Below are positions 11,386 to 24,163 of a stretch of DNA of 64,000 bases, in pieces (positions within the stretch are counted from its first letter, which is position 1; each line of letters opens with the position of its first letter). The DNA is from Zootoca vivipara (Eukaryota): contig NC_083277.1 of NCBI RefSeq assembly GCF_963506605.1, positions 8,742,001 to 8,806,000 of the forward strand, written 5' to 3'. The position numbers and the translations under genes were made by a program. The notes under the pieces are model-generated. The model was given only the letters and a program-made list of their open reading frames with translations. It did no database searches and was not told where the DNA came from.

Positions 11386-13929
11386 TACCTCCCCTCCCCT
11401 GCTTCTCTTCTGTGATGAGCTCCCAAAGGGAACCCTGCAAGTGACCTCTGTCTTACTCCAGTGTGCTTTTCCTTATCACAACAATCCTGTTCTGCCTCTT
11501 CCCCTTCCTGCCAAGAGTAGTGCCTGAGGGCTGATGGGATAAAGCAAAAGCCCATTGCATTGTGGGGCATCTCAAGCCCTCTTTCTTATCCAGACCCAGA
11601 GCCTTCCTGGAGATGTTGTTTCTTCCAGAGTTTCTCAAATTTGGGTACCCACCCTACAAAGTCCCATCATTCCTGACCACTGTTCCTGCAAGCAAATGAT
11701 GATGGGTGTTGCAGTCCAACAACACCTGGGGACACAAGTTTGATTTACAGTCAGTACAATATGATATAAGGAGATTCCAACTAGACATAAGGAATAACTC
11801 TCTGATAATAAGAGCTGTTTGACAGTGGGAACGGTCTCCCTCAGGAGGTTGCAGAATCTCCTTCCTTGGAAGTTTTTAAGCAGGGTTGGATGGCAATCTG
11901 TCATGGATGCGTTGGCTGATACCTGCATTGCAGGGGGTTGGACTAGATGACCCTCTGGACCCTTTCAGTCCAGAGATTCTATGATTCTGTTAAACAAAAG
12001 AAGCATGAGAAATATAATTATCTGGCTAAAGGAAGGCAGAGTGAGGGGCTCTGGGATGCTACCAGAGCCCTTGCACCACTCATTTATTCATATATACATT
12101 ATATATAACATTACACGAGTCGGCTGCAGCTTCTCTTCCCAAAACTCCCTAAGGGCACCCTGCAAGCGACCCCCCCAATGTGCTTTTCCTTATCACAACA
12201 ATCTTGTTCTGCCTCCTCCCCTTCCCACCAATAATATTCATTGAAAAGGAGGGCATTCTGGGGTTCCCCAGTCCTTGCCTTCTTTCTTATCCAGACCCAA
12301 AGCCTTCTGGGAGATGTAATCTCTTCCAGTATTTATCAAACTTAGGTCCCCACCCAACTCATGTTAGACTACAAACTCCCATCATTCCTGACCACTGATC
12401 TTGCTAGCTAGGGATGATGGGAGTTGTAGTCCAAAAAACGCCTGGGGACTCAAGTTTGAGAAACTATGCTTGGAGCTGAGCCCCAGGTAAGCTGCCATTC
12501 ATGGGACCTGGGAGGGTGTCTTTAAAAACCACACAACACAACTTAAAACTGTAGACTGTTGAAAAACAGATGCTGTATGTTTGTTCAATTGCACTTTAAT
12601 TGCTTCTTTTATTTCTTATTTTGAATCTTATTTTTTATATTGCAATTTATTGGTATTACAGTCAGAATTCCATGGCATAATAATAATAATAATAATAAAT
12701 AATAATAAATAATATATTCTTTATACCCCGCCCATCTGGCTGGGTTTCCCCAGCCACTCTGGGCGGCTTCCAACAGAAAAATGAAATAAAATAATCTATT
12801 AAACATTAAAAGCCTCCCTAAACAGGGCTGCCTTCCCCAAACAAGGTACCGCTGTATCTGGCTTCAGGGAAGGCAGAGGAAGGGCTCTGGTATGGTGCCA
12901 GAGCCCTGACACTGCATTCTATTTGATTTTTTTTTAATATTATGCTTTTTTCCATTACAAGTTTTCATATTCTATTCAATTTACTCACACAATCATAGTC
13001 ATCAACTTCCCTCCCCCCCCTTACATTGTTAAATATATAAACTCATTACAACTGCATATTCCAATGGCTCCATTGCAGGGGTTGGACTAGATGGCCCTCA
13101 GATCCCCTTCCAACTCTACAGTTCTTTGATTCTATGATTCAGCCTCTCCCCACTCTTTCCCTCACACATCCACTTAGGAAAGCACATGTCTGGGCAGTTT
13201 CCCCCTTATCCCACTCCTTTCCAAGGGAAAAACTTGCTATTTAGGGATAGGTTGGACTAAAGGCCAAACTGGGGAAAATCTGATTTGCTGTTTGCTCATT
13301 TTACTGAGCACTAAAGAGCAAATTTGGTGGTGGGGTGGGGGATTCAAGAGTAAGTGTGGCTAAGCCTTTAGACCCGTATCTCCCCTCTACTGCTTCTCAC
13401 CTGCATTCACCCCTTACAAGAGTCAGCTGCAGCTTCTCTTCGGTGATGAGCTCCCAAAGCAACCTACACTGCGGAAAATTCTTATGCCAGAGAGCCTGTT
13501 GCATTGTGGGGCCTCCCACGCCTGGCGGTCTTTCCCAAAGCCTTCTGGGAGATGTAGTCTCTTCCTGTGTTTCTCAAACTTGCCCCTCCCTGGTTTTTTT
13601 TTTACTACAATTCCCATCATCCCTGACCACTGGACCTACTAGCTAGGGATTATGGGAGTTGTAGTCCAACAACACCTGGGGGACTCAATTTTGAGTAAAA
13701 ATGCTATGTGTTGAGACCCAGGTAAGCTGCTGTTTATGAGGATCTGGAAGTGCTTTTTTAAAAAACTACTTAGAACTGTAGTGTTGAAAAACACCCCAAA
13801 TCACCATAGCATTGGGCAACAAAAAGGAATCAAGCCACTCCAGGATAAGATAAAACACAAAAATCCATTGTGTAGACAGGTGGTGTGAGGCTCAAGTGCA
13901 AATTTTGTGTTCCGTGTTCAAATTCAGGC

Positions 13930-13994
13930 TTAAAACGGAAGGGCAAAGCTGTGACCACAACCCAGGCAGAAAAATTTGCTCCTGGCATCATCTG
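13930..13994 (-). pseudogene. Decayed paralog of the gene A ZNF-exon 5' end
   Basis: Reads (A)DDARSKFFCLGCGHSFALPF*, aligning with gene A (G)DTRRKYTCPICGECFAF. Confidence 0.6.
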
Positions 13995-14559
13995 CTCACG
14001 GAGGAAGAGAAAGGAGGAAGACAGGGTTTGCTTCTGAATCCAGCACTGTAGAAACCTCAGAACAAAGGAACATTGTGCCTTATTCAGATTCGCACAGTTG
14101 TGTCACTTGAAACCAGATCACATGAAAATTGCTGGTGGCCTTGGAAGATCACTTAATGCCTTTTTCATCTGTTGTAGCAACTGTAATGCACTGTGGTAGA
14201 TGCTGCATGTTTGTTTAATTGCATTTTTATTTCTTCTTCTATTTCTTCTATTGAATCTTATTTCTCATTTTACATTTTATTGGTATTACAATTGGAGTTC
14301 CATGGCACAAGGAAAGACAATACAGTATAAGAAACAAAAGAAGAACTAGCTTCTAGAGGATGGAGGAAGGGCTCTAGTCTAGTGCCAGAGCCCTGGCACT
14401 GCATTCTCATTCTCTCTCTCCCTTTATGCTTTCCCCCCCATTACCAAGTTTTCATATTCCATTCAATTTACTCACACAATCGTAGTCACTGACTTCCATT
14501 TCCCCTTTTAATGGTTCTAGATATTACAACTGCATATTCTAATTACTCCATAATTTCCC

Positions 14560-15030
14560 CTCTCCCTCCTCATTACATCTTCATATACTTTAAACCGCTG
14601 AATTTACTCCAACCCTGCTAACGCTTTAACCTGTTTGACATGATTTTTCAGATATTCTGCAAACATTTTTCACTCCTCCTTAAATACCATATTCCACCTT
14701 CCTGGTCTCTCCTTCTATAATTCATATTTGCTAATTCCACATGTTCCATCCATTTCATTTGCCATTCCTCCTTCGTTGGCGTTCTCCCCTCTGTCCATTT
14801 ACGAGCATATATCATTCGGGCTGCCGTGATTGCGTCAAGTAACAAATCATTTTGATCTGTGGGGACATCCTAGTATTCCTAATAATAAGATTTCTGGTCT
14901 TTTTATAAAAGTCCTTTAAAACACCCCCCCCAATTCATTATATATCATCTATATTGTTATAGGTCATTTCCCAAAAACCCTTCGCTGATTTGCATGTCCA
15001 CCACACATGGTGAAATGTACCCTCCATTTC
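14560..15030 (-). mobile_element. L1-like LINE ORF2 C-terminal fragment
   Basis: HHVWWTC motif and LLDAITAARMIYARKWTEGRTPTKEEWQMKWMEH. Confidence 0.65.
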
Positions 15031-15223
15031 TTGATACAGTACACCAGAAATACAATTAAAATCAATATTTCATACAAACCACCACAGACCACAGTTTGGG
15101 AACCCTTGTACTAAATTTTGGGGTCCCCCTCACAAATGGGCCTGTTTAAACAATATGCTCCTAAAGATCAATGGTGCTGTGATTTTCAAGTACTAATCTT
15201 GCATATGCATTATGGGCTTGAGA

Positions 15224-15282
15224 TTACAGGGCAAAGCGGTAGTCACAGTCTGGTCAGAAATGTTTCCTCCTGGCATTATCTG
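15224..15282 (-). pseudogene. Second decayed paralog of the gene A ZNF-exon 5' end
   Basis: Acceptor TCTCTTTCTCCCCCAG|CA GAT; reads (A)DNARRKHF*PDCDYRFAL*, with the first Cys codon replaced by TGA. Confidence 0.65.
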
Positions 15283-15766
15283 CTGGGGGAGAAAGAGAGA
15301 GAGAAGAGAAAGCAGGGTTTGCTCCTGAACTTGGTGCAGAAGGAACCTCAACAATACAGTCTGAACGGAGGTCAGGATTTGTTATGTGAAATAAGCTTTC
15401 TTCCTCAGGTGACAATAAAACGTTCTTGTTAAGCGGGGATGTTTTGCTTGGTGTCCGAGCATCTGGTGAAAGTACTGAGGATTATTTATTGAGGTTTAAA
15501 ATAATTTTTAATGCCTCCTTTTCCTGATTTTATTCTCTTGTGCTGTATTCCACTTGAAGATCAGTGCCTTTTCCATAATTAAATTCTGGACACTTTCTTG
15601 CTCATTTGAGATAATTTATTAAGGAACAAAATGCCATTGCACCAACCGGCTGTTAGAACAAACCAACCCAAAACTAAACATCACACACAAACACAGGGCT
15701 GAGCGGAACACATTTTCAATTCATTATGGTGTCACTCACCCAGGCTTTCCCACAGTAGGGTAGGCA

Positions 15767-15802
<36 letters not shown>

Positions 15803-15832
15803 AGAGAGAGAAAGAGAAATGATGGTGTAAGC

Positions 15833-16077
15833 CAGAGGTCGGCAACCTAAGCGCCATGGGCCGGTTCCAGCTTCCTAGAACCAGCCCACGGCCATTCCGT
15901 GGATCGGTGTGGGGATTCTGTGCTCCCCCCCCCGCGACACTATTTTTTTTCTCGCTGCGGAGAACGACTTCCGGGTTGGAAGAGCGCCGGAAATAGCTTG
16001 ACACACATGCTCCGGCCTACTGAGAGGTCTGCTGGGGAGTGGACAGGCCCAGCCTCAAAAAACGTTGCCGACTCCTG
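15833..16077. mobile_element. hAT MITE
   Basis: TIRs CAGAGGTCGGCAAC / GTTGCCGACTCCTG; perfect 8-bp TSD GTGTAAGC. Confidence 0.85.
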
Positions 16078-17673
16078 GTGTAAGCAGAGGTCACCTGATG
16101 GAACAGCTTTTAGATTTTCTAAGACTTGGAATATCTGTTCTCAGAATATCTGTTTTCTAAAAAATATATATGTATAGGGGTACTCTCATTTTGACTCAAG
16201 AAAACCACAATTTTATAGTTCAAATCGGGGAAAATAAATACAGTAAATGGACAAAAGTACAAAGATTCACAAAATGTTTAGGGGTATGCATACTCTCGCG
16301 GGCCCCCAGAAAAAAAAAATACACTGTCTATTCTTATCCAGAACCAGAGAACAACGCTGATTCAAAAGCAGAATTCAGAAGCACGGTACATCTAATGAGG
16401 AAAAACAATGGTCTGGTGACAGAAATCAGGACAACACGAATACAACAATCTGGAACAGGCTTCTCCCATCATTGAAAGAGGCAGGCCTAACCTGAGACAG
16501 TTACTGGATGCCTTTGAGAGCTTCTCCAGATGTCCTTAAAGGACCTTCATGGGTCTGCACAGCAGGCCTTTAGCTATAAAGGCTTTGTCCCTCCTCTGTT
16601 TCTGCTTGTCTAAGGAAAAGTTTGGATGAAGGCAGGAGGGAGAGGACCTCAACACCTGCAAATTACATGAAAAGGGAAGCATGGGGAATAACCGTTTTAA
16701 GCAAGCTGCTAGGGTCTGACCACAATTGTATATTTTTATGCACTGCAGTTGGAACTGTCTGCTTTGCGGCTTTTTGGGGCCCTGGTTTTGACAGCACGTA
16801 AAAACCTTTTAAAATGCCGGCTGGTTTGCTTTTGATCTGCAGGGGAGACCCTCTGCCTGACCGATCACGTCCCTCCAACATAATCACCTTCCTTCGATCA
16901 ACATGGGCTCTTGAACTTAACCCTAACCACAGTGTGGACTCATTTCCTTCTGTAAATGTATTGGGGGAGAGGGGAGCAGACACGATCCGCTTTCAGTACT
17001 GTTCACACCTGCAAAAGGGCAAACTTCTTTGCTCCCATTTTGCACTGGCACCCAGAGCTTCCTGCTGAAATCTGGTAACTGTCGGGTGAGGGGTTGCCCT
17101 GCTTTGGTTCACCGTAATGCAAAGGTCTGTGTCCCCAACCCCACACCGAGGTATCTAGTTGCCCACTGTGAGAACAGGATGCTGGACTAGATTTTGTGCA
17201 AATAAAAGTTAATGGAAGTGGGAGAGATACCTGATGCGAGGGAGGGAGATGACAACAGGAGAAATACGACTACAGTTTACACATCCAACCTGCAAATGTC
17301 TACGTCCTAAGTGACATTTTACACTTATTTTCAGCTGCTTTTCGTTTTAATGTGGAAAGGAGTTCTGTCCCATGGGGAGGAATCCAAGGCGCCATGTGGC
17401 TTGAAGGGCCAGAGGGCTGCCAAACTCAGCAGGGATGGCTCACTGTGTTTTGAAGTAAATTCATGTTCCCATCTAAGAAATGGAGGAGGGATGTCTATGA
17501 TGTTCAGAGACCAAAGTTAATTCACAGCACCACAAAGCTGCCCCTTGTTCCAAGCTGCTTCAGAAAGGGCCCTTTTCTGTGTGGATTCTCTGATGTGTAA
17601 GAATGCTCTCCCAACCAATCAAGAGGATTCGAAAGGCAACTGTCATTACCTCAATGCCTCAATTTCAGGAGTA

Positions 17674-19076
17674 CCGTGTTTCCCACATTATAAGACACCG
17701 TCTTACATTTATTTCACTCAAGAAAATAAGCCTATGGCTTATTTTCGGGGGGTGTCTTTTTTTATTGTTACTGTAAGTACGGTACCTCCTTACTGGGTCC
17801 TGCTGGCTCAGGGCTCGGGACGCGCAGCAAGCCACCTCCTGCTGCTGCCGGATCCCGGAGGCGGCCTGCTGGGTCTGGTTGGCCTGCATGGCCCAAAGCT
17901 GAGTGGCGGCAGGAGGTCCGCGGGTCCTTCCCTGCCGCCAGGGTGATGGCGGAAGCGCTGCTGGCTCCTTCCGCGCTGCCGGAGCGTTGTGGGCTGCATG
18001 GCCCGAAGCTGAGCGGTGGTGGGAGGTGCTAAGGCTGTGCTTAGCCCCTGTGCTAAGGCTGAGTGGCGGCGGGAGGCCCGTGGGTCCTTCCACACCGCCG
18101 GGGCGACGGACGCTGGCGAGAGCACTGCTGGCTCCTTCCGCGCCGCTGGAGTGTCATGGGCTGCATGGCCCAAAGCTGAGCGGTGGTGGGAGATCCGCGG
18201 GTACTTTCGCGCCGCCGAGATGACGGGCGGCGGGAGCACTGCTGGCCCCTTCCGCCGGATCAAGGAAGCGGCCTGCCGGGACGTTGCCCAGCAGTGCCGC
18301 GCAGAGCACCAGATCGAGTAAGCAGCCTGCAGAGTCAGCACCCAGCAGCGCCGCACGGAGCACCGCCTCCTCAATCCAGCACGGGGCTGCTGGGCGCTGA
18401 CTCTGCAGGCTGCTTACTCGATCTGGTGCTCTGCGCGGCGCTGCTGGGCAACGTCCCGGCAGGCCGCATCCTTGATCCGGCGGAAGGGGCCAGCAGTGCT
18501 CCCGCCGCCCGTCATCCCGGCGGCGCGAAAGGACCCGCGGACCTCCCACCACCGCTCAGCTTTGGGCCATGCAGCCCACAACACTCCGGCGGCGCAGAAG
18601 GAGTCAGCAGTGCTTTTGCCGGCGTCCGTCGCCCCGGCGGTGCGGAAGGACCCACGGGCCTCCCGTCGCCACTCAGCCTCAGGCCATGGAAACTGGCAGG
18701 GATGGGGAAGGGGGGAGTGCCTTCCCTCCTCCGCATCCCTCTGTGTAACTCTACCCTGCCCGGCGAGCGCTTGCACAATGCAGCCACCGCTTCACCCGGG
18801 CCAAGTGCTGCTCGGCTCACACACAATAGCGCTCTCCTTTTCCCGCCATGCCGGCCTGTGCAGCTGCAAAGCGGCACAAGTTGCTCCCAGCGCCGCTCGC
18901 CTGGTGACATGCTCAATTCATGCACCCCCTCCCACCTGGTCTCAAGCCTCTCCGAGGCTCTAAAGGAACGCAACAAGGTATGGCTTATTTTCAGGGGGTG
19001 TATTATATTTCACAACTGCTTAAAAATCCTGCCCTGGCTTACTTAATGACTACGTATTAAAAAGGGGGAAACACGG
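17674..19076. mobile_element. Non-autonomous pogo/Tigger-like DNA element (1.4 kb) with internal GC-rich foldback
   Basis: TA|CCGTGTTTCCC ... GGGAAACACGG|TA termini; internal inverted arms ~18057-18351 and ~18384-18679. Confidence 0.85.
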
Positions 19077-19445
19077 TATACAGCAGGTCTGGTTTGATCC
19101 AGCAAGACTCTGTTTCTCTCTTCTGTATTTATCCTTATATTTGGGAATGGCCAATTTACAGCAGAAACCTTCTCCAACATCGGTCTCGAATGATTTTTAA
19201 ACATGATGCATTTTGCTAAAAACTTATTACACTTTAGGAGCATAAGTGGCAAGTTCCAGATTGAAAAATCCGGGATCAGCAGCACCGCGGCACCCGAAGT
19301 CGCTTCTAAGCACTTCCGGACATGCGTAGAAGCGACTTCTGGCGCTGTGGACATTTCAGAAATGGGCACAGCGGCATCAGAAGGAGCTCCGTAATCCGGG
19401 GGAATACGGGGTATTTTGCCATTTGGGACACCTGCGGGAAAGGGT

Positions 19446-19697
19446 AAGAAGAAGAAGAAGAGTTTGGATTTGATATCCCGCTTTATCACTACCCGAAGGA
19501 GTTTCAAAGTGGCTAACAATCTCCTTTCCCTTCCTCCCCCACAACAAACCCTCTGTGAGGTGAGGGGGGCTGAGAGACTTCAGAGAAGTGTGACTAGCCC
19601 AAGGTCACCCAGCAGCTGCATGTGGAGGAGCGGAGACGCGAACCCGGTTCCCCAGATTACGAGTCTACTGCTCTTAACCACTACACCACACTGGCCC
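19446..19697 (-). mobile_element. Squam3-like tRNA SINE
   Basis: Reverse complement of the 48828-49070 element; (TTC)n tail. Confidence 0.8.
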
Positions 19698-19839
19698 CGT
19701 AAGAAAATACGGGGGTTTCCCGGGGAAAACGGGGTACTTGGCAGCTATGTTTGGGAGCAGGGTTTCATTTTGTTTTTTAAAAAGAGGAAACATTCATAAG
19801 GTTTCAAGCTCTGCATGGGTTTTCTGATGATGGATGAGC

Positions 19840-20882
19840 TTATCTTTCCGGGGGAAGGTTTTTTGGCCCTGAGCATTTGTGCGGTTTTGATTCCGCATGG
19901 GTTCTCTGGTGTCTTACCAGCTTCTCCTTCTGGAAGAAGCTTTTCCCGCACTCGGAACACGCAAATGCCTTCTCCCCCGTGTGGATCCGCTGGTGCCGGA
20001 TTAACTGGGCACTCTGGCAGAAGCTTTTCCCACACTCGGAGCACCTGTAAGGCTTCTCTCCTGTGTGCATCCACAGGTGAATGTCAAGGTATGACTTCCT
20101 GCTGAAGTTTTTCCCGCACTGAAGGCACTCGTAAGGCTTCTCCCCTGTGTGCATCCTCTGGTGTCTGATCAGCTGTCCTCTCTGGCAGAAGCATTTCCCA
20201 CACTGCAGGCAAGCATAGGGCTTCTCTCCAGTGTGGATTCTCTGGTGTCTGATCAGCTGCCCGCTCTGGCAGAAGCTCTTCCCGCATTGCGGACACTCGT
20301 AAGGCTTCTCCCCGGTATGGATCCTCTGGTGGGTGACGAGCGAGGACTTGTTGCTGAAGCTCTTCGCACAGTGCAGGCACTCATACGGCTTCTCCCCCGT
20401 GTGGATTCTCTGGTGGGTGATAAGATGTGACCGCGTGCTGAAGCTCTTCCCGCACTGTGGGCACTCGTAAGGCCTCTCCCCCAAGTGGATTCTCTGGTGT
20501 GCAAGAAGGTTTTCCCTTTGGCAGAAGCTCTTCCCGCACTCGAGGCACTCGTAGGGCCTCTCGGCCGTGTGGATCATCTGGTGCACGATGAGCCCCGATT
20601 GGTGCTCGAACGCCTGCCCGCATTTGCGGCACATGTGGCACTCCTCTCCTGCGCAGATCGCGCCAGCGTTATCAGATACGGCGGTTTCCACCTCCTGAAT
20701 GGAGATGCCCCACATCTTCATGGCCCGCTGCCACTGCTGCCTGTCGGACTCGTAGCCCTGATCGAAGGCTTCGGACTTCACAGAAACCTCCCTGAGGGAA
20801 CCCCCCGGGAGCCTCCCATCAGAACTGGCTGACCTAGGGCCTTCTTGATGCGTCCTGTCCACCTCACTGGCAGTGCCGTTGC
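19840..20882 (-). CDS. Gene B last exon: linker + 9 C2H2 fingers (SCAN-KRAB-ZNF)
   Basis: Acceptor TAATCTCTTCAG|GC (phase 1); nine intact fingers; a tenth finger is frameshifted ([16 protein letters not shown] lies in another frame). Confidence 0.9.
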
Positions 20883-21267
20883 CTGAAGAGATTAGAGAGA
20901 CAAGAAAACACAGGCCGTGATATCACTCCATCTGACAGGAGGGGAGGAAAACGGAAGCTACCGTGGAGGCAGAACAATGGACTCCATCCTACCACTTCAA
21001 AACAAAGGTGGCAAGGGTTTTGAGGTGATAGGATGAAGCCCAGTGCTTCCGATTGGAACATTTCTTCTCAAACTCTGAGGTTGTGAGTGTTGCTGCTTTT
21101 TAAGACAAAACAGCACCATTTACACACAAGATATTAGGCTCAGGGGAATGGCAAGGTTTAGTGAGGTGCACAGAGAGAAAAACTTTAGAAAAACAACCCA
21201 GAGGAGGCCCTAACTAACCCAACAAACACCCCCTGAGCTGTGGCACTCCTTCCTTTTGAATACTTAC

Positions 21268-21390
21268 TTTCACAGTACTCGGCTGCCAGGAAAATGTCAT
21301 CCTGAGATCCCCCTGGGAAAACTTTGGGCGTGTCTTCTAGATGAGGGATCCCTTCTCCTGGGGGAGGTTCTTCTTTCATCTCATTTGCAG
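21268..21390 (-). CDS. Gene B linker exon (123 nt)
   Basis: GTCACAG|CT ... GAA A|GTAAGT, phase 1-1, open frame AANEMKEEPPPGEG...EYCE. Confidence 0.7.
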
Positions 21391-22916
21391 CTGTGACGCA
21401 GGGAAAGAGAAAGACCAGGAGGGAAATAGGAGTCCCTCTTTCAGAAAAGGGAAGAAACTTCAGAAGATAGAGAGGGTTCTAGGCTGCGCACTACCTGTAC
21501 TGTAGTGGAAACACCGGAAAATATATTGTAACCCTGGCTGGGCCTAGAGACATCAAAGAAGCATTTCGGTTAAACGCGTTGTAAACTCATACAGGGAAAT
21601 TGGGTTGGGAAAAACAGGACTCCACAACGTCATCTGGTGTCACGATGTTATACCGCATGTACAACACATATAAAATGCTTTTTCTTTACCAATCCAGCGG
21701 AGTCCCCAGTGTTTCCCAAACGTGGATCTCCTGTTGTTTTGGACCACATCTCCCATCATCCCTAGCTAGCAGGTTCTGTGGTCAGGGGTGATGGGAATTG
21801 TAGTCCAAAAACAACAGAAGATCCACATTTGGGAAACACTGCTGTAACCTGGGGAGGTGCAAGTGGCCTGGCGCAACTGTTCGTGAAGGGAACCCAGTTT
21901 AAGGAAGTTTTTAATGTTTGATGTTTTATCGTGTTTTTAATATTCTGTTGGGAGCCGCCCAGAGTGGCTGGGGAAGCCCAGCCAGATGGGGTATAAATAA
22001 TAAATTGTGATGATGATGATGATGTCACCATTGTGTGCAGCCTTTCACAGAAGCAGGCCTTCACTGCTCTCCTAAGCCTGACAGTGGATGGACCTGTCTG
22101 CTTTCCAAGCTTCAATTCCTAATTCATGGGATTGTTCCCTGTACATGGTACATTGTTCCCTGTACTGTAGTACATTGGGAGGATCCCAATATCCTGTTTG
22201 CCTGCCGGCCCAGATCATGCGACCCCTGGTGCCCAGTGCAGGTAATTTAGCAATTACACCTCATGGATATAAGCCTTAGCATTTGACCTGAGAGTTGAGC
22301 TTTGGCACAGGCCTGAAGGCTGGCATCGGATTTTGTGCGACCCAATGGCCAGCTTGAGGTCTCTCTGTCTCTTTGCAGCTGAACGGAGGTGTCGCCATCG
22401 GCTTGCCTGGTACGCTGTTACTCTTGCGAATGATTTTGCTGCTGTTTAATAAATCTTAAGACTTCTTCACCACTTGCATCACGCGTTTACTTCCGAACCC
22501 CTGGGGGGGGAAAGAACCCCCTTGCCTTTGGCAAGACCTTCAAAGCACATTATTTCCCTCAAAAGGTGAGGGGTCAACTGCAGTACCCAGAATTCTTCAA
22601 AGGAAATAATGTGCTTCAAATATGCTTTAAAAGGTCCAGCTCCGAGGGCCTTCTGGCGGCTCCCTCACTGCAAGAAGTGAGGTTACAGGGGAACCAGGCA
22701 GAGGGCCTTCTCAGTAGTGGCGCCTGCCCTGTGGAATGCCCTCCCATCAGATGTCAAGGAAATAAGTCACTATCTTCCTTTTAAAAGACGTCTGAAGGCA
22801 GCCCTGTTTAGGGGAAGTTTTTAATGTTTAATGCTGTATTCTGTTTTTAATATTCGTTTGGAAGTCGCCCAAAGTGGGCGAGGTATTATTAATAATACAT
22901 ACATACATACATACAT

Positions 22917-22949
<33 letters not shown>

Positions 22950-23486
22950 GCCCAGGGTCAAAGTTAAAAACAATGAATCTTGAGGGGATCATCTTCCTGC
23001 ACTCTTTAGTATATGCATTTTTTTGTACACCTTACTTGGTTGGATAACTCCGCTGCAAAATTTGGGAAGGTGCAAATTTAGAAAGATATCTGTTTTTCAG
23101 TTTATGTGTTGCTTCAGAAAGTACAAGTGAATAGAATTTCTCTCTCATCCCTATCTCTGCTACTGAACTACAGCGGATCCCTCAAAGGCCTATGAACATG
23201 GAAAGATACCCTATGTGGATTAGACCATTTGGCCATCCAGTTCTGTACTGCCAACTCTGACTGGTAGCAATCCAGTGTCGCAGGCAGAGGTCTTTTTCTA
23301 GTCCTGCTCCTTGGGATACTTTAAGTGGAGATGGACCTGCGGTACTCCGTATGCTTATCGTTACAGAGCTATGTCCCACTCACAGAACCAAAAGGGTACA
23401 GTCACTCCAATCACCTGGGCAGGAGTCCCAGACAAACTCCAGTGTCTCCATATGTTGAAAGATGTGCTTGGGTTGTTTTGGTGATG

Positions 23487-23550
23487 GCAAATACAGTTCA
23501 GAGTGAGAGCAAATACAGTTCAGAGTGAGAGCAAATACAATTCAGAGTGA
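23487..23550 (+). repeat. 22-bp tandem repeat x3
   Basis: GCAAATACAGTTCAGAGTGAGA repeated three times. Confidence 0.85.
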
Positions 23551-23608
23551 GGACATGACTTCCAAAATCGGCCCAAACAATTTATGAACTCTTTGGAATT
23601 ATCAAATA

Positions 23609-24092
23609 CCGTGTTTCCCCTTTTTTAAGACGTAGTCATTATATAAGCCATAGCAGGATTTCTAAGCAATTGCGCGATACAAGCCATACCCCGAAAATAA
23701 GACATACTGATAGACCCTTCACCCACTAGCAATAACCCCCCTCCTGCCAGCCAACTCCCCCCTTAAAAATCTCTCCCCATTTTGCTGTCGCTCCACAGAC
23801 ACGTATTTCCTTTAAAAGCTTGTAAAAATGCACCGAACAGCCGTAGCTGCTGGCTGCCGAAGCCTTGTGATTTCCCTTCCCCGTTTCTGAGAGCATTTTT
23901 TTAAATAAAAAGATCCAAAAATAATTTTTTTAGCCAAGCTGTGTAAGCTCTACTTGGTGAAGGGGAGAAAAGTGGGGTGGGGAGGAGATGAAGGCACGAG
24001 GAAGAAAAGAGGGGCGATTGAAGAATGCAAAGGCTGTTTTCCCTTTTAGGGAGAGACCTCCGTGCGCGCGTCTGTCTCTCTCCCCCCCCTGC

Positions 24093-24163
<71 letters not shown>

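Larger units (their letters stand above)
10290..14560. repeat. Diverged local tandem segmental duplication (~3 copies of shared blocks)
   Basis: Recurring blocks: CACA(C/T)AATC...AACTGCATATT at ~10295/12985/14470; GCTTCTCTT...GATGAGCTCCCAAAG at ~11400/13430 (related at 12128); GGGCTCT...CCAGAGCCCT at ~12045/12880/14370. Confidence 0.75.

Noticed and set aside
17009-17126. Candidate KRAB-B-like exon (RKLWVP) for gene A
   Set aside because: Acceptor lacks a polypyrimidine tract, phases are inconsistent and similarity is weak.
17545-19046. Multiple mirrored ORFs on both strands
   Set aside because: Product of the GC-rich palindrome inside a non-autonomous transposon.
23487-23550. CRISPR-like repeat
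   Set aside because: Contiguous tandem repeat without spacers in a vertebrate genome.
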